64,000 bases of DNA from Hyphomicrobiales bacterium (GCA_031423895.1 JANPGK010000035.1:6720-70719), one strand, 5' to 3'; positions 29,388 to 39,958 are shown, counted from the stretch's first letter. The notes: generated from the letters alone by a model not told the origin. Numbers and translations: made by a program.

Positions 29388-30539
29388 ATGCCCCAAACAC
29401 TTCCTGCCATCTTCATGCAATTTCTGAAATTTGGCCTGTTAGCGTGGGGTGGGCCTGCCGCGCAAATTGCCATGATCCGCGCTGAATTGGTGGATAAACA
29501 GGCGTGGATCACCCCCGAAAAATTTCGCCGTGCCTTGGCGGTCTATCAAGCGTTGCCGGGGCCGGAAGCGCATGAGCTGTGCGTATATTTTGGCATGGTG
29601 CGCGCGGGGCGCTGGGGCGGATTTTTGGCGGGGCTTGGCTTTATGTTGCCCGGATTTGTGCTGATGCTGGCGCTCTCTTGGATGTATATGCATTTTGGCC
29701 AGCAGGCCTTGCTGCCCTTATTTGTGGGCGTTGCACCTGCGGTGGCCGCGCTCATTGTCCGCGCGACACATCGCATTGGCGGGCATATTTTGGTGAGCCA
29801 GCCGTTGTGGATTGCAGCGATTGTGGCTGCTGGCCTCACGCTATTGGGCGTGCATTTTATCTGGGTGTTTGTGTTATGCGGCGTGTGGAATTGGCTGTGG
29901 GGCACGCAACGGCGCAATTTGGCCATCCTCACTTTATTGGCAGCAAGCACATTGGCCATCATCGCCACATATTATGCGCCCGCTATGCCCATGCTTAACC
30001 CTTTTCATGGTACGCAAAATCTATTGCTTGAGGGCTTGAAAGCAGGGTTATTGTCGTTCGGCGGGGCCTATACCTCCATCCCCTTTTTGCAAAACGCTAT
30101 GGTGGATGTGTACCCCAATGTGAATGCGCAGAGCTTTTTGGACAGCATCGCACTGAGCAATGTGATCCCCGCACCGTTGATTATTTTCGGCACATTTTTG
30201 GGCTATATTGCGGGTGGATTTCCTGGTGCGGGGCTCATGACATTGGGCATTTTCACGCCCGCGTTTGGGTTCACGCTGCTTGGCCACACGCAGCTTGAAA
30301 AACTGATTGAAAATCGCACATTTCATGCCGCGCTCGACGGCATTTCAGCGGCTGTGGTGGGGCTTTTGGCGGTAACGGCCACACAAATCGCCATCACCAC
30401 AGTACATACCCCGCGCGATGTTGTGCTGTTTTGCGCCGCGTTGGCAGCATTTTTCATGTTCAAAAGCAAATGGGCTGTACCACTCACATTGCTGGCATGT
30501 GGGGTGGTGGGATACATAATGAAATATTTCATATTTTAA
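29388..30539 (+). CDS. chrA: Chromate efflux transporter (CHR family)
   Basis: AWGGPAAQIAM, QALPGP, SFGGAY duplicated CHR motifs. Confidence 0.88.
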   Translation: MPQTLPAIFMQFLKFGLLAWGGPAAQIAMIRAELVDKQAWITPEKFRRALAVYQALPGPEAHELCVYFGMVRAGRWGGFLAGLGFMLPGFVLMLALSWMYMHFGQQALLPLFVGVAPAVAALIVRATHRIGGHILVSQPLWIAAIVAAGLTLLGVHFIWVFVLCGVWNWLWGTQRRNLAILTLLAASTLAIIATYYAPAMPMLNPFHGTQNLLLEGLKAGLLSFGGAYTSIPFLQNAMVDVYPNVNAQSFLDSIALSNVIPAPLIIFGTFLGYIAGGFPGAGLMTLGIFTPAFGFTLLGHTQLEKLIENRTFHAALDGISAAVVGLLAVTATQIAITTVHTPRDVVLFCAALAAFFMFKSKWAVPLTLLACGVVGYIMKYFIF

Positions 30540-30629
30540 CGCTATTTGGCCATAATATCGTCTTGTTTTTTTGAGCATCTGTGCGAAAACCAATAGGCTG
30601 CCGCTCACTCAATTGAATATGGATGATAT

Positions 30630-32201
30630 ATGACCTCGCTTTCTCGCCGTGATGTGTTGAAATTTGGCCTGTTTGCGGGCGTTGCGGCGATTGTACACAG
30701 TGTGGGTGGCGGCGTGGCGCTGGCGCAAGGCGGGTTTTCGATTGCAGATTTTGTTACAAGCAAGGCTAAATCTTTGGCCGATGCGGCCTTTAGTGACAAG
30801 CCAAACGCGCTGCCCTCAATATTTAGCAACATGAGTTTTGATAGCTATCGCGATATTCGTTTCCGCGCTGATAAAGCATTGTTGGCAGAAAAAGGCAGCC
30901 CATATCGGCTGCAATTGTTCCATCGCGGTTTTTTATATGAAAAGCCCGTGAGTGTGAATATTGTGCGTGAGGGTAATGTACAAACCGTGCCTTATAGTAA
31001 GGATTTGTTCGACTACGGCAAAATGAAGGTGGATGAGGCCCTGTCGCAAGAGATTGGCTATGCGGGCTTGCGCATCCATTATCCGCTAAACGACCCACGC
31101 ATTCAAGATGAGTTGATTGTATTTTTGGGCGCGAGCTATTTTCGTCTGCTCAGCCGTGGTCAGCGCTTTGGCCTTTCCGCGCGTGGGTTGGCCATTGATA
31201 CCGCGCTGCCCAGCGGCGAAGAATTCCCGCATTTCAAAGAATTTTGGATCGAGCCCCCTAAAGCTGGCGACACCACCATTCGAATGGCGGCGTTGCTGGA
31301 TAGCCCCTCGGTAACAGGCGCGTATTTCTTCACTATCGAGCCAGGGTCTAACTCTACAGTGCAAGTGCAAGCCACCATATTCCCACGTAAGCCTGTGAAA
31401 AAGCTAGGCCTTGCGCCGCTCACCTCCATGTTCCTCTATGGCGAGCAGCGCCCGCGCCCCGCCAGTGAATATCGGCCTGAAATTCATGATTCTGATGGAT
31501 TATTGATCAATACAGGCAGCGGTGAATGGATTTGGCGGCCATTGCGCAATCCAAAATCGCTCAGTGTCAGCGCGTTTGTTGATAAAAACATGCGGGGTTT
31601 TGGCCTGATGCAGCGCGATCGGCAATTTTCGCATTATCAAGACCTCGACCTGCATTATGAGCGCCGCCCCAGTTATTTTGTGCAACCCATTGGCGATTGG
31701 GGCGAGGGGCATGTGGAATTAGTGGAAATCCCCACGCCAGACGAAACCAACGATAATATTGTAGCATTGTGGGTGCCCAAGGATGAGCTGAAGCCGCAAG
31801 TGCCGTTTTCATTCGGCTTTCAACTGACAGCTACCGATGATGGCGAAGATTTACACACAGGCGGCAAAGCGCTAAACGCATTTATTAAACCTTTGATGCA
31901 GCATGAGGCCGCAGAATATAATGACCCAATGGTACGCCGCGTGATGGTCGATTTTGCGGGGGGGGATCTCGACTATCACCTCCACGCACCAGAAACAGTC
32001 ACCGCGATGGCCACCACCAATACAGGCAAAATTATACGGGTATTTGTGCAACAAAACCCTGATATTCGTGGCTTTCGTGCCGTGTTCGACTATAAGGGCG
32101 AGGCCAATGTGGGGGCCGATTTGCGATTATTCCTAAAATCTGATACTAAAGCCCTCACAGAAACATGGACTTACCCCGTGAGAAATGAATTTTGGGCTTA
32201 A
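30630..32201 (+). CDS. Periplasmic glucan biosynthesis protein OpgG/OpgD, Tat signal
   Basis: SRRDVLK twin-arginine motif, FLGASYFR, GLSARGLAIDT, RPEIHDSDG. Confidence 0.92.
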   Translation: MTSLSRRDVLKFGLFAGVAAIVHSVGGGVALAQGGFSIADFVTSKAKSLADAAFSDKPNALPSIFSNMSFDSYRDIRFRADKALLAEKGSPYRLQLFHRGFLYEKPVSVNIVREGNVQTVPYSKDLFDYGKMKVDEALSQEIGYAGLRIHYPLNDPRIQDELIVFLGASYFRLLSRGQRFGLSARGLAIDTALPSGEEFPHFKEFWIEPPKAGDTTIRMAALLDSPSVTGAYFFTIEPGSNSTVQVQATIFPRKPVKKLGLAPLTSMFLYGEQRPRPASEYRPEIHDSDGLLINTGSGEWIWRPLRNPKSLSVSAFVDKNMRGFGLMQRDRQFSHYQDLDLHYERRPSYFVQPIGDWGEGHVELVEIPTPDETNDNIVALWVPKDELKPQVPFSFGFQLTATDDGEDLHTGGKALNAFIKPLMQHEAAEYNDPMVRRVMVDFAGGDLDYHLHAPETVTAMATTNTGKIIRVFVQQNPDIRGFRAVFDYKGEANVGADLRLFLKSDTKALTETWTYPVRNEFWA

Positions 32202-34256
32202 ATGAACACTGCCACCGCCCCCACCTCTGAAACCCTCGCAAAAGCCTATCGCCTGCATGGCCCGCTGCCATTGTTGCGGCGCGTGGTGTTGTTTGGCAGT
32301 GCGTTGGCTCTGGCGCTTTGGGCGGCATGGTTGCTCACAGATGTGCTGGGTAGCAATGGCCTCACGGCGGTGGAATACGCTATTGTTGTGCTGTTCACCA
32401 TCAATTTCACTTGGATCTCGCTCTCATTCAGCACCTCAATTGCGGGGCTGTTATTGCGTGGGTTCAATCGCGACCCCATCACCTTGAAATCCACCGCCAA
32501 ACGCCCATTGCCTGCACGGCTCGATACGCGCACGGTGATTGTGGTGCCCGTATATAATGAAGATCCATACGCTGTTTTTGGGCGCATTGAGGCGATTTAT
32601 CTCGATTTAAAGCGGTTAGGCTATGATAATGCCTTCGATTTTTTTGTGCTGTCTGATACCCGCGACCCCGATATTTGGATTGCGGAGGAATTATTATGGG
32701 CCGATTTGCGTAAACGCATGGGTGTGCGCGGCAAAATTTACTATCGCCGCCGCGAGCTGAATACCGAGAAAAAATCGGGCAATCTCATGGATTTCTGCGA
32801 GAAATGGGCCGCTGGTTATGAATATATGGTGGTGTTTGATGCTGATAGCACCATGACCGCCCGCACCTTGGTGCAAATGGCCACGTTTCTCGATTACAAC
32901 CCCGATACCGCGCTGGTGCAAACCCAGCCGCAGCCTATTGGCCGCAATACTTTGTTCGCCCGTGTTTTGCAATTCATCAGCCGCGTGCATGGCCCCACCA
33001 TGTCGATGGGGCTTTCGTTCTGGCAATTGGGCGATGGTAATTATTGGGGGCACAATGCCATTATGCGCACCGAGGCCTTCATTCAGCATTGCGGATTACC
33101 CATTCTTTCGGGAAAGCCCCCGCTTGGTGGCCCGATTCTCAGCCATGATTTTGTGGAAGCTGCCATGCTGGTGCGTGCGGGTTGGAAGGTGTGGTTTGTG
33201 ACCGATCTGGAAGGTTCGTGGGAGGAGCTGCCCACCAATATTATTGATTATGCGGCGCGGGATCGGCGCTGGTGCCAAGGCAATTTACAGCATGTGCGCG
33301 TGTTGTTTGGTGCCAAGTTCAAGCCCATTTCCCGCCTGCATTTGTTCATGGGCGTAATGGGCTTTGTGTCGTCGCCATTATGGTTTTTGTTGCTGTGCTT
33401 CTCCACCTTCGCCGCGTTTGAATCCGCCCAAAATGGGCAGGTGTTTTTTCGTGGTGGGCGGGCGTTGTTCCCAAGCTGGCCGGTCGATCGTGCGGGTGAT
33501 ATGCTTCTATTGCTCGCCCTCACACTCGGCATGCTCATTGTGCCAAAATTCCTCTCTATATTCATGTTGATGTGGCGCAAGCGCACCGCCCTCACTTATG
33601 GTGGCCGCATGGGGCTATTGCTCAGCGGCGTACTCGAGTTTTTCTTTTCCGTGTTGCTCTCCCCCGTGATGATGTGGCTGCACACCATTTTTGTGAGCAG
33701 CACCATTTTGGGCAGCACCGTGAATTGGGGCACGCAAAACCGTGATGAAACCGCTGTGCCATTGTGGGATGCCATTAAAACCCTGCGCTGGCACATGGTG
33801 CTTGGGGTGGCGTGGTCGATTGCCGCGTGGGTATCCGACCCCGGCTTTTTCTGGTGGATGACCCCCGTGCTGGCTGGCCTTGTGCTTTCGGCCGTCATCA
33901 CTCATTATTCCTCGCGTGAGGATATTGGCCTTGCGGCGCGCGCGCAGCATTTGTTCCAAATTCCGGAAGAAACTGCACCCCATGCGGTACTCGGTGTGAT
34001 TGAACAGATTGCTCAGCGCCCGCGCCAAGATGAGAAAAACGGCCTCATGCGCCTGCTGGAAGACCCAATGGCCAGCGCCCTGCATGGCGCGCTGGTGCCG
34101 TTCAGCCCGCCCAATGAGCGCGTGCGTGTGGAAGTGGGGCTGATTTATGAAAAGCTCGCACGCCTCGGGCCCGACTCCCTCACGCGCGATGAGAAGGTGA
34201 AAATTCTCAGCTATCCTGTGAAGCCGCTGGATCAGATTTTAGCGGGCCGTCATTGA
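32202..34256 (+). CDS. opgH: Glucan biosynthesis glucosyltransferase OpgH (MdoH)
   Basis: PVYNED, DADS, NYWGHNAI, LSHDFVEA, RDRRWCQGNLQH. Confidence 0.95.
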   Translation: MNTATAPTSETLAKAYRLHGPLPLLRRVVLFGSALALALWAAWLLTDVLGSNGLTAVEYAIVVLFTINFTWISLSFSTSIAGLLLRGFNRDPITLKSTAKRPLPARLDTRTVIVVPVYNEDPYAVFGRIEAIYLDLKRLGYDNAFDFFVLSDTRDPDIWIAEELLWADLRKRMGVRGKIYYRRRELNTEKKSGNLMDFCEKWAAGYEYMVVFDADSTMTARTLVQMATFLDYNPDTALVQTQPQPIGRNTLFARVLQFISRVHGPTMSMGLSFWQLGDGNYWGHNAIMRTEAFIQHCGLPILSGKPPLGGPILSHDFVEAAMLVRAGWKVWFVTDLEGSWEELPTNIIDYAARDRRWCQGNLQHVRVLFGAKFKPISRLHLFMGVMGFVSSPLWFLLLCFSTFAAFESAQNGQVFFRGGRALFPSWPVDRAGDMLLLLALTLGMLIVPKFLSIFMLMWRKRTALTYGGRMGLLLSGVLEFFFSVLLSPVMMWLHTIFVSSTILGSTVNWGTQNRDETAVPLWDAIKTLRWHMVLGVAWSIAAWVSDPGFFWWMTPVLAGLVLSAVITHYSSREDIGLAARAQHLFQIPEETAPHAVLGVIEQIAQRPRQDEKNGLMRLLEDPMASALHGALVPFSPPNERVRVEVGLIYEKLARLGPDSLTRDEKVKILSYPVKPLDQILAGRH

Positions 34257-34264
34257 GAGTTACC

Positions 34265-34660
34265 TCAATTCACGCCAAGCCGTTTCAATATTGCGCTTGA
34301 ATAGCTCAATCTTATTATATCGGCACCAACATCTTTGGTGTGTTTATAATCGGCTGCAGCTACATGAATACGATAGGTTGCAACTTTGCTTTGCTTAGCA
34401 GCATAAGCGCGAATTTCGTTTTCCACTAAAAATCCATCGCGTTGATTGATGCGTTCGCCATATGGCTTATTGGGGTCTTCCCAATTATCCGCTGATGATA
34501 AATATTCTTTCATCTTTTTGAATTCTTTTTTGCTCAAAATCCCTTTATGGGCATCCTTATCAAAGGTCGAGGCGATTTTATCAAAAAGAGAGTCGCCATT
34601 GATTTTGTATTCAACTGTTTTTTGTGATTTTAAAGCCTTAAGGTCGATACCATCAGTCAT
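34265..34660 (-). CDS. AT-rich orphan protein, possible EF-hand-like loops
   Basis: 131-codon ORF with SD GGAG; DKDAHKGILSKKEF segment. Confidence 0.6.
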   Translation of the reverse strand: MTDGIDLKALKSQKTVEYKINGDSLFDKIASTFDKDAHKGILSKKEFKKMKEYLSSADNWEDPNKPYGERINQRDGFLVENEIRAYAAKQSKVATYRIHVAAADYKHTKDVGADIIRLSYSSAILKRLGVN

Positions 34661-34820
34661 AATAACTCCATGTTATTTTCAATGTTGAGTTTTAAAATGG
34701 CACTATTCAATAATAAAACTACACATGAGTATGGTTGTCAAATATAGATCTAACATATCGTTAATTCGAAAACAGCAATGCTGTAATGCAAAACTGTAAT
34801 ATATAAATTTTTAACTTCAA

Positions 34821-36395
34821 TTATTCTGCTCTATTCAGCGCTGCGAAAATCATCGCCATAGTTTTTTCCACACCATAGAGCGCGATGAACGAGCCGAAGC
34901 GAGGGCCTTGGTCTTGCCCCAGCAATACTTGATACAGCGCTTGGAACCATAATTTTAATTCAGTAAATTCATGGGTTTTGCCCACGTCGAACACCATGGT
35001 TTGCAATGCGTCGGCATCATTGCTGCTGCCAATGGCCAATAACCGCTCATATAAATCTTGCATCGCGGTGCGTTCTTGCTCCGTTGGCGCGCGGAATTTT
35101 TTAGTGGGCGCCACAAAATCGTGGAAATATTTGATGGCAAAGCCCACTTGCGCATTGAGCTGCGGGTGCGTTTCTGGTGTCACATGCGGCGCATATTGCT
35201 TGATAAAGCCCCACAGCACATCAGCATTTTCAGCGTTCGATGCTGAAACAAGGTTGAGCAACATGGAGAAGTTAATCGGCGTATCCACCACTGGCGGGTT
35301 GCCATTGTGAATGTGCCACACGGGGTTGGCAATTTGCTCTTTTTCGGTTTGGCGCGCAAAAGCCGCACTAAACTGGCTATATTCATCCACATGTTTGGGG
35401 ATCACATCAAAATGCAGGCGTTTGGCGCGCTTGGGCTCTTTGAACATATAGAGTGCGAGGCTTTCATTGCTGGCATAGGTGAGCCATTCCTCGATGGTGA
35501 GCCCGTTGCCTTTGGATTTTGAGATTTTTTGGCCGCCTTCATCTAAAAACAGCTCATAGGTAAGGTTTTCTGGTGCGGTGCCACCAATCGCACGGCAAAT
35601 CTGCCCTGATAATTTCACACTATCAATCAAATCTTTGCCGCACATTTCATAATCTACGCCCATGGCTGCCCAGCGCATCGCCCAATCGGGTTTCCATTGC
35701 AGTTTACAACGCCCACCTGTCACGGGGGTTTCAATGAGTTCACCAGTGGTAGGGTCTTTATAGGTGAGCGTACCTTTATCGGCATTCACGCTTTCAATCG
35801 GCACTTGCAACACATGGCCAGTTTTCGGGCACAATGGCATGAAGGGCGAATAGCTGGCGGCGCGCTCTTCGCGTAATGACGGCAGCATAATCTGCATCAC
35901 TTTGTCGTAATTGCGCAGCACGTGTCGCAAGGTTTCATCAAACTCGCCCGCTTGATAGCACGCGGTGGCGCTTTTGAATTCATATTCAAACCCGAATTGA
36001 TCCAAAAATGCTTGCAGCCGTGCATTATTATGCGCGCCAAAGCTGCTATGTGTGCCGAACGGATCTGGGACAGAGGTGAGTGGTTTGTTCAAATGCGCTG
36101 CCATCGCCTCTTGGTTCGGAATATTGGTGGGCACTTTACGCAGGCCATCCATATCATCGGAAAAACAAATCAGCTGCGTAGGGTGGTCGCTGATTTTCGT
36201 GAACGCATGGCGCACCATGGTTGTGCGTGCCACCTCGCCAAAGGTGCCAATATGCGGCAAGCCTGATGGACCATACCCCGTTTCAAAAATCACAGGGCTG
36301 GTTTTGCCCAATTTCTCGATGCGTGCCTTCACCTTGCGGGCTTCTTCAAATGGCCACGCGTTGGAAGAGAGGTAAAAGTCGAGCATTGCGTTCAT
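34821..36395 (-). CDS. lysS: Lysine--tRNA ligase, class I
   Basis: [37 protein letters not shown]. Confidence 0.96.
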   Translation of the reverse strand: MNAMLDFYLSSNAWPFEEARKVKARIEKLGKTSPVIFETGYGPSGLPHIGTFGEVARTTMVRHAFTKISDHPTQLICFSDDMDGLRKVPTNIPNQEAMAAHLNKPLTSVPDPFGTHSSFGAHNNARLQAFLDQFGFEYEFKSATACYQAGEFDETLRHVLRNYDKVMQIMLPSLREERAASYSPFMPLCPKTGHVLQVPIESVNADKGTLTYKDPTTGELIETPVTGGRCKLQWKPDWAMRWAAMGVDYEMCGKDLIDSVKLSGQICRAIGGTAPENLTYELFLDEGGQKISKSKGNGLTIEEWLTYASNESLALYMFKEPKRAKRLHFDVIPKHVDEYSQFSAAFARQTEKEQIANPVWHIHNGNPPVVDTPINFSMLLNLVSASNAENADVLWGFIKQYAPHVTPETHPQLNAQVGFAIKYFHDFVAPTKKFRAPTEQERTAMQDLYERLLAIGSSNDADALQTMVFDVGKTHEFTELKLWFQALYQVLLGQDQGPRFGSFIALYGVEKTMAMIFAALNRAE

Positions 36396-36473
36396 GGGTG
36401 TGTTCCTATCAATGCGCCATTGCATACACAATTCCGCGCAATTTGGCTAGGGGGATTGCAGGGTGCATCTCTA

Positions 36474-36595
36474 CCCCTCATCCTGGTGCTTGACACCAGG
36501 ATCTATTCTTTTTTTCGAGATCCTAGTGTCTATTCCTCGCTCCCGTCTTCGCTGCGCTACGACGCGGCAAGTCGCTCGGGCACTAGGATGAGGGG
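36474..36595. repeat. Palindromic element, family B, with nested ~31-bp insert
   Basis: CCCCTCATCCTGGTGCTTGACACCAGGATCT...AGATCCTAGTGTCTATTCC...GGGCACTAGGATGAGGGG. Confidence 0.9.
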
Positions 36596-36605
36596 GATTT
36601 ATACC

Positions 36606-37580
36606 CTAAACCCGCACCCCATAATCCTCAAATTTCATAATTCGATTATGAAATTCCAGCTTGCGGGCATATTCCAGCGGGTCGAGTGGTTTCACCAGCG
36701 CGCCTTTGGGGCAGTGCATATAGTCGTAAGCACGGGTGAGTAAAAACCGCAGCGCCGCGCCGCGCGCCAAAATGGGGAATGCGGCGAGCTCATCCGCACG
36801 TAAGGGGCGAATTTTGTGATAGGCCTGCAGCAGTGCTTGGGCTTTGGTCACATTCAGGCTGCCATCGGGCTCAAAGCACCACGCATTCACGCAAATCACC
36901 ATGTCATAGGCCAGCATGTCGGTGCAGGCGAAATAAAAATCGATCACGCCCGAAATTGTGGTGCCCAAAAACAGCACATTATTGGGGAATAAATCGGCAT
37001 GGATAATGCCTGTAGGCAAATTCTGCGGCCATGCCCCGTGCAAATTGGCCAGAGTGGTGTGAATCATGGGCACGAGCCCCGCCACGGTGCCGCCAGCGAT
37101 TTGGGCATCGCACGCAATTTTACTGGCCAAATCGTCCCACCCCGCAAGGCTGAGGGTGTTGGCGCGTTGCATGGGGAAGCTGGCGGTGGCGGTGTGGAAT
37201 TGCGCCAAAGCTGCACCCAGCGCCGCGCAATGCGCTGCTGTTGGCCGCCGCACCGAGATGCCATCCAAAAATGTCACAATCGCCGCTGGCTTGCTTGCCA
37301 AAGTGGAAAGTGCTGCCCCTGCGCGGTTTTTCACCGGCAATGGGCAGGGCACCCCGCCGCTGTGGGCGTGTTCCATCAACCCCAAAAAGAACGGCAATTC
37401 ATCGGCATTCACCCGCTTTTCATACAGGGTGAGGATGTAGTCGGCCAGTGTGGTGTGTAGCAGATAATTGGAATTTTCCACGCCCTCGGCAATGCCTTTG
37501 AGCGCGCGCACTTGGCCAATGTCATAGCTGGCTATGAACGTTTCAAGCTCTTCATCGGGCACTTCTGTATATACGGCCAT
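36606..37580 (-). CDS. thrB: Homoserine kinase type II
   Basis: MAVYT, GIAEGVENSNY, IHADLFPNN, IDFYFAC. Confidence 0.95.
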   Translation of the reverse strand: MAVYTEVPDEELETFIASYDIGQVRALKGIAEGVENSNYLLHTTLADYILTLYEKRVNADELPFFLGLMEHAHSGGVPCPLPVKNRAGAALSTLASKPAAIVTFLDGISVRRPTAAHCAALGAALAQFHTATASFPMQRANTLSLAGWDDLASKIACDAQIAGGTVAGLVPMIHTTLANLHGAWPQNLPTGIIHADLFPNNVLFLGTTISGVIDFYFACTDMLAYDMVICVNAWCFEPDGSLNVTKAQALLQAYHKIRPLRADELAAFPILARGAALRFLLTRAYDYMHCPKGALVKPLDPLEYARKLEFHNRIMKFEDYGVRV

Positions 37581-37609
37581 TACAATTCACAATCCAAGAT
37601 AGTTTATCA

Positions 37610-37680
37610 CCGTCATCCTCGGGCGAAGACCCGAGGATCTTCTTTGAAGTAGATGGTCGGTTCAAGCCCGACCATGACGG
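37610..37680. repeat. Palindromic element, family B (CGTC-type REP dimer)
   Basis: CCGTCATCCTCGGGCGAAGACCCGAGGATCT...AGATGGTCGG...CCGACCATGACGG. Confidence 0.88.
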
Positions 37681-37687
37681 AATTGTG

Positions 37688-38644
37688 TTACCCCGCCTCT
37701 CGCAATTCACGCGGCAGTGGGAAGAACATATGTTCCTGCGCGGTGCTGATTGTTTCTAGCACAATGGTGCGGGTGAGTGCAAATTGTGCGATCACTTCTT
37801 CAATCAACACCTCTGGCGCGGAAGCCCCCGCCGTGATGCCAATGGCGCGTACATCGGCAAATTGCGCCATGGGCACATCATCGGCCCGTTCGATGAGCAG
37901 CGAAAGCGTGCAGCCTTCGCGCTCGGCCACCTCGCGCAAGCGTTGCGAGTTGGAAGAGTTGGGCGACCCCATCACAATAAACGCATCCACCAGCGGCGCA
38001 ACCTTGCGCACAGCCTCTTGCCGATTGGTGGTGGCGTAGCAAATATCTTCCTTATGCGGGGCGATCATTGATGGAAAACGTCGCTGCAGCACCTCAATAA
38101 TGGCGCGGGTGTCTTCCACAGAAAGCGTGGTTTGGGTGACATACGCCAGCTCGCCCGCAATCGGCGGGGTGTAGGCTTCGGCTTGGGCTTCGGTTTCAAT
38201 CAGGCTGACAGCCTCCAGCGGCAATTGCCCCATTGTGCCAATCACTTCAGGGTGGCCAGCGTGGCCGATCAGCACAATATGCCGCCCACGCTTGTAGTGA
38301 ACTTGCGCCTCGCGGTGCACTTTTGTCACCAGCGGGCAGGTGGCATCAATGGCAAAAAAATTGAGATTTTTGGCTTCAGCGGGCACTGATTTTGGCACAC
38401 CATGCGCCGAAAACACCACGGGCGCACGCGTGCCAGCAGGAATTTCGTACAATTCCTCCACAAACACAGCGCCTTTGGCGCGCAAACTCTCCACCACATA
38501 GCGATTATGCACAATTTCATGCCGCACATACACGGGTGGGCCATAGTTTTTCAGCGCCACTTCCACCACATCGATCGCCCGCACCACGCCCGCGCAAAAC
38601 CCACGCGGGGAGCAGAGGATGATTTTCAAAGGTGGTTGTTGCAT
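37688..38644 (-). CDS. ispH: 4-hydroxy-3-methylbut-2-enyl diphosphate reductase
   Basis: PRGFCAGV, DATCPLV, ICYATTNRQ, TAGASAPE. Confidence 0.97.
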   Translation of the reverse strand: MQQPPLKIILCSPRGFCAGVVRAIDVVEVALKNYGPPVYVRHEIVHNRYVVESLRAKGAVFVEELYEIPAGTRAPVVFSAHGVPKSVPAEAKNLNFFAIDATCPLVTKVHREAQVHYKRGRHIVLIGHAGHPEVIGTMGQLPLEAVSLIETEAQAEAYTPPIAGELAYVTQTTLSVEDTRAIIEVLQRRFPSMIAPHKEDICYATTNRQEAVRKVAPLVDAFIVMGSPNSSNSQRLREVAEREGCTLSLLIERADDVPMAQFADVRAIGITAGASAPEVLIEEVIAQFALTRTIVLETISTAQEHMFFPLPRELREAG

Positions 38645-38691
38645 GAATGTATTGTAGCGCGGGGTTTAGTAAGAGGCAAGAGGTGATGCAC

Positions 38692-38771
38692 GTGTCATCC
38701 TAACGCAGTGAAGGATCCCCTGCCCATCGCGCTCCACTTTAGGAAGATTCTTCGCTCCGCTCAGAATGACA
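38692..38771. repeat. Palindromic element, family A (diverged), between xerD and ispH
   Basis: GTGTCATCCTAACGCAGTGAAGGATC...ATCGCGCTCCA...GCTCAGAATGACA. Confidence 0.88.
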
Positions 38772-38788
38772 AGGCTCTATTTTCTAAT

Positions 38789-39898
38789 TCACCCCTTCCC
38801 CAGCGGGTGGCACTCTTGCACGAAGGCGTGCAGGCGTTCATCTTGCACATGAGTGTAAATCTGTGTGGTGGTGATGTCGGCATGGCCCAGCAGCGTTTGC
38901 ACCATGCGCAAATCCACCCCATGATGCAGCAGATGGCTGGCAAACGCGTGACGCAGCACATGGGGCGAGAGCGGATCAGCATTCAGGCCAGCACGGCGCG
39001 CCAGCGCTTTCAATTCGCGCGCAAAGGCTTGGCGGGTCATGTGGCCAGTGGCGCTGCTCGCGGGAAATAGCCACGGCGAGGGGCTTGGCGGCAGCATGGC
39101 AATATAGGCGGCGATTGCGGTTTGCGCACCTGCGTGCAGCGGCACAAGGCGCTCCTTCCCGCCCTTGCCTTTGATGGTGAGGAAGTTTGCAATTCTTCCT
39201 CCTCTCCCTTGACGGGAGAGGGTACCGCGAAGCGGGGGGTGAGGGTGTTCTTGGGAATGATTGACCCTGCCATTCGCAGGGCTCATGGCGTTTAAATCTA
39301 AAAACGATTCACTGGATCGTTTTTGCAGCTTCGCTGCCGATTCAAACCCCTCATCCGTCCCTATCGGGACACCTTCTCCCGTCAAGGGAGAAGGGAGGTG
39401 TATACCTTTCATCGGCAGCCCCACCAACTCACTCACCCGCAGGCCTGCGGCATACAGCAGCTCTACCTGGGCGTAGAGTTGCACAGATTTTAGACGTTTT
39501 GCAGGCGTGGCGTCCGCCATTTGATGAACTTCCCGCTGCGCGTGCTCGATCAGCACCGTGACAGCGTTTTCACTCATGGTTTTGGGCAAGGCAGGCGCCA
39601 GCTTTTGGCTTTGCAAAAGGGCTGTGGGGTTGTTCTCCCGCGCATTTTCCGCCACTAAAAATTGGTAGAATTGCGAGAGGGTGGAGCGTTTGCGGGCCAC
39701 GCTGCGCGGGGCAAGCCCTTGTGCCGAAAGATGTGCTAAATAGGCTTGCAAGGTGGCGGTGTTGATCGTTGCAATGGGAGCGGAACCGCAAAAATCGGCA
39801 AAATCGTGCAAATCGCGGCCATAGGCTTCTAGCGTATTGTGTGCTGCACCGCGCTCGGCCCGCAGCATCATCAAAAATTCATCGTGCCAATTGGTCAT
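38789..39898 (-). CDS. xerD: Tyrosine recombinase XerD with 67-aa in-frame repeat insert
   Basis: AERGAAHNTLEAY, GLRVSEL, GKGGKER, SPHVLRHAFASH, LLGHADITTTQIY; divergent from aroKB. Confidence 0.92.
   Translation of the reverse strand: MTNWHDEFLMMLRAERGAAHNTLEAYGRDLHDFADFCGSAPIATINTATLQAYLAHLSAQGLAPRSVARKRSTLSQFYQFLVAENARENNPTALLQSQKLAPALPKTMSENAVTVLIEHAQREVHQMADATPAKRLKSVQLYAQVELLYAAGLRVSELVGLPMKGIHLPSPLTGEGVPIGTDEGFESAAKLQKRSSESFLDLNAMSPANGRVNHSQEHPHPPLRGTLSRQGRGGRIANFLTIKGKGGKERLVPLHAGAQTAIAAYIAMLPPSPSPWLFPASSATGHMTRQAFARELKALARRAGLNADPLSPHVLRHAFASHLLHHGVDLRMVQTLLGHADITTTQIYTHVQDERLHAFVQECHPLGKG
39198..39398. repeat. Palindromic element, family C, in frame inside xerD, with internal hairpins
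   Basis: CCTCTCCCTTGACGGGAGAGGG...CCCCTCATCCG...CACCTTCTCCCGTCAAGGGAGAAGGG; 201 bp. Confidence 0.93.
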
Positions 39899-39958
39899 GT
39901 GCAAATTTCTACACCAAATGTGTTGATTTTTAGTGCAGTTTCACGTCTTATCGCGGTT

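Noticed and set aside
38789-39898. Tyrosine recombinase as a prophage or island integrase, or as the repeat mobiliser
   Set aside because: Sequence and position next to aroKB fit housekeeping XerD.
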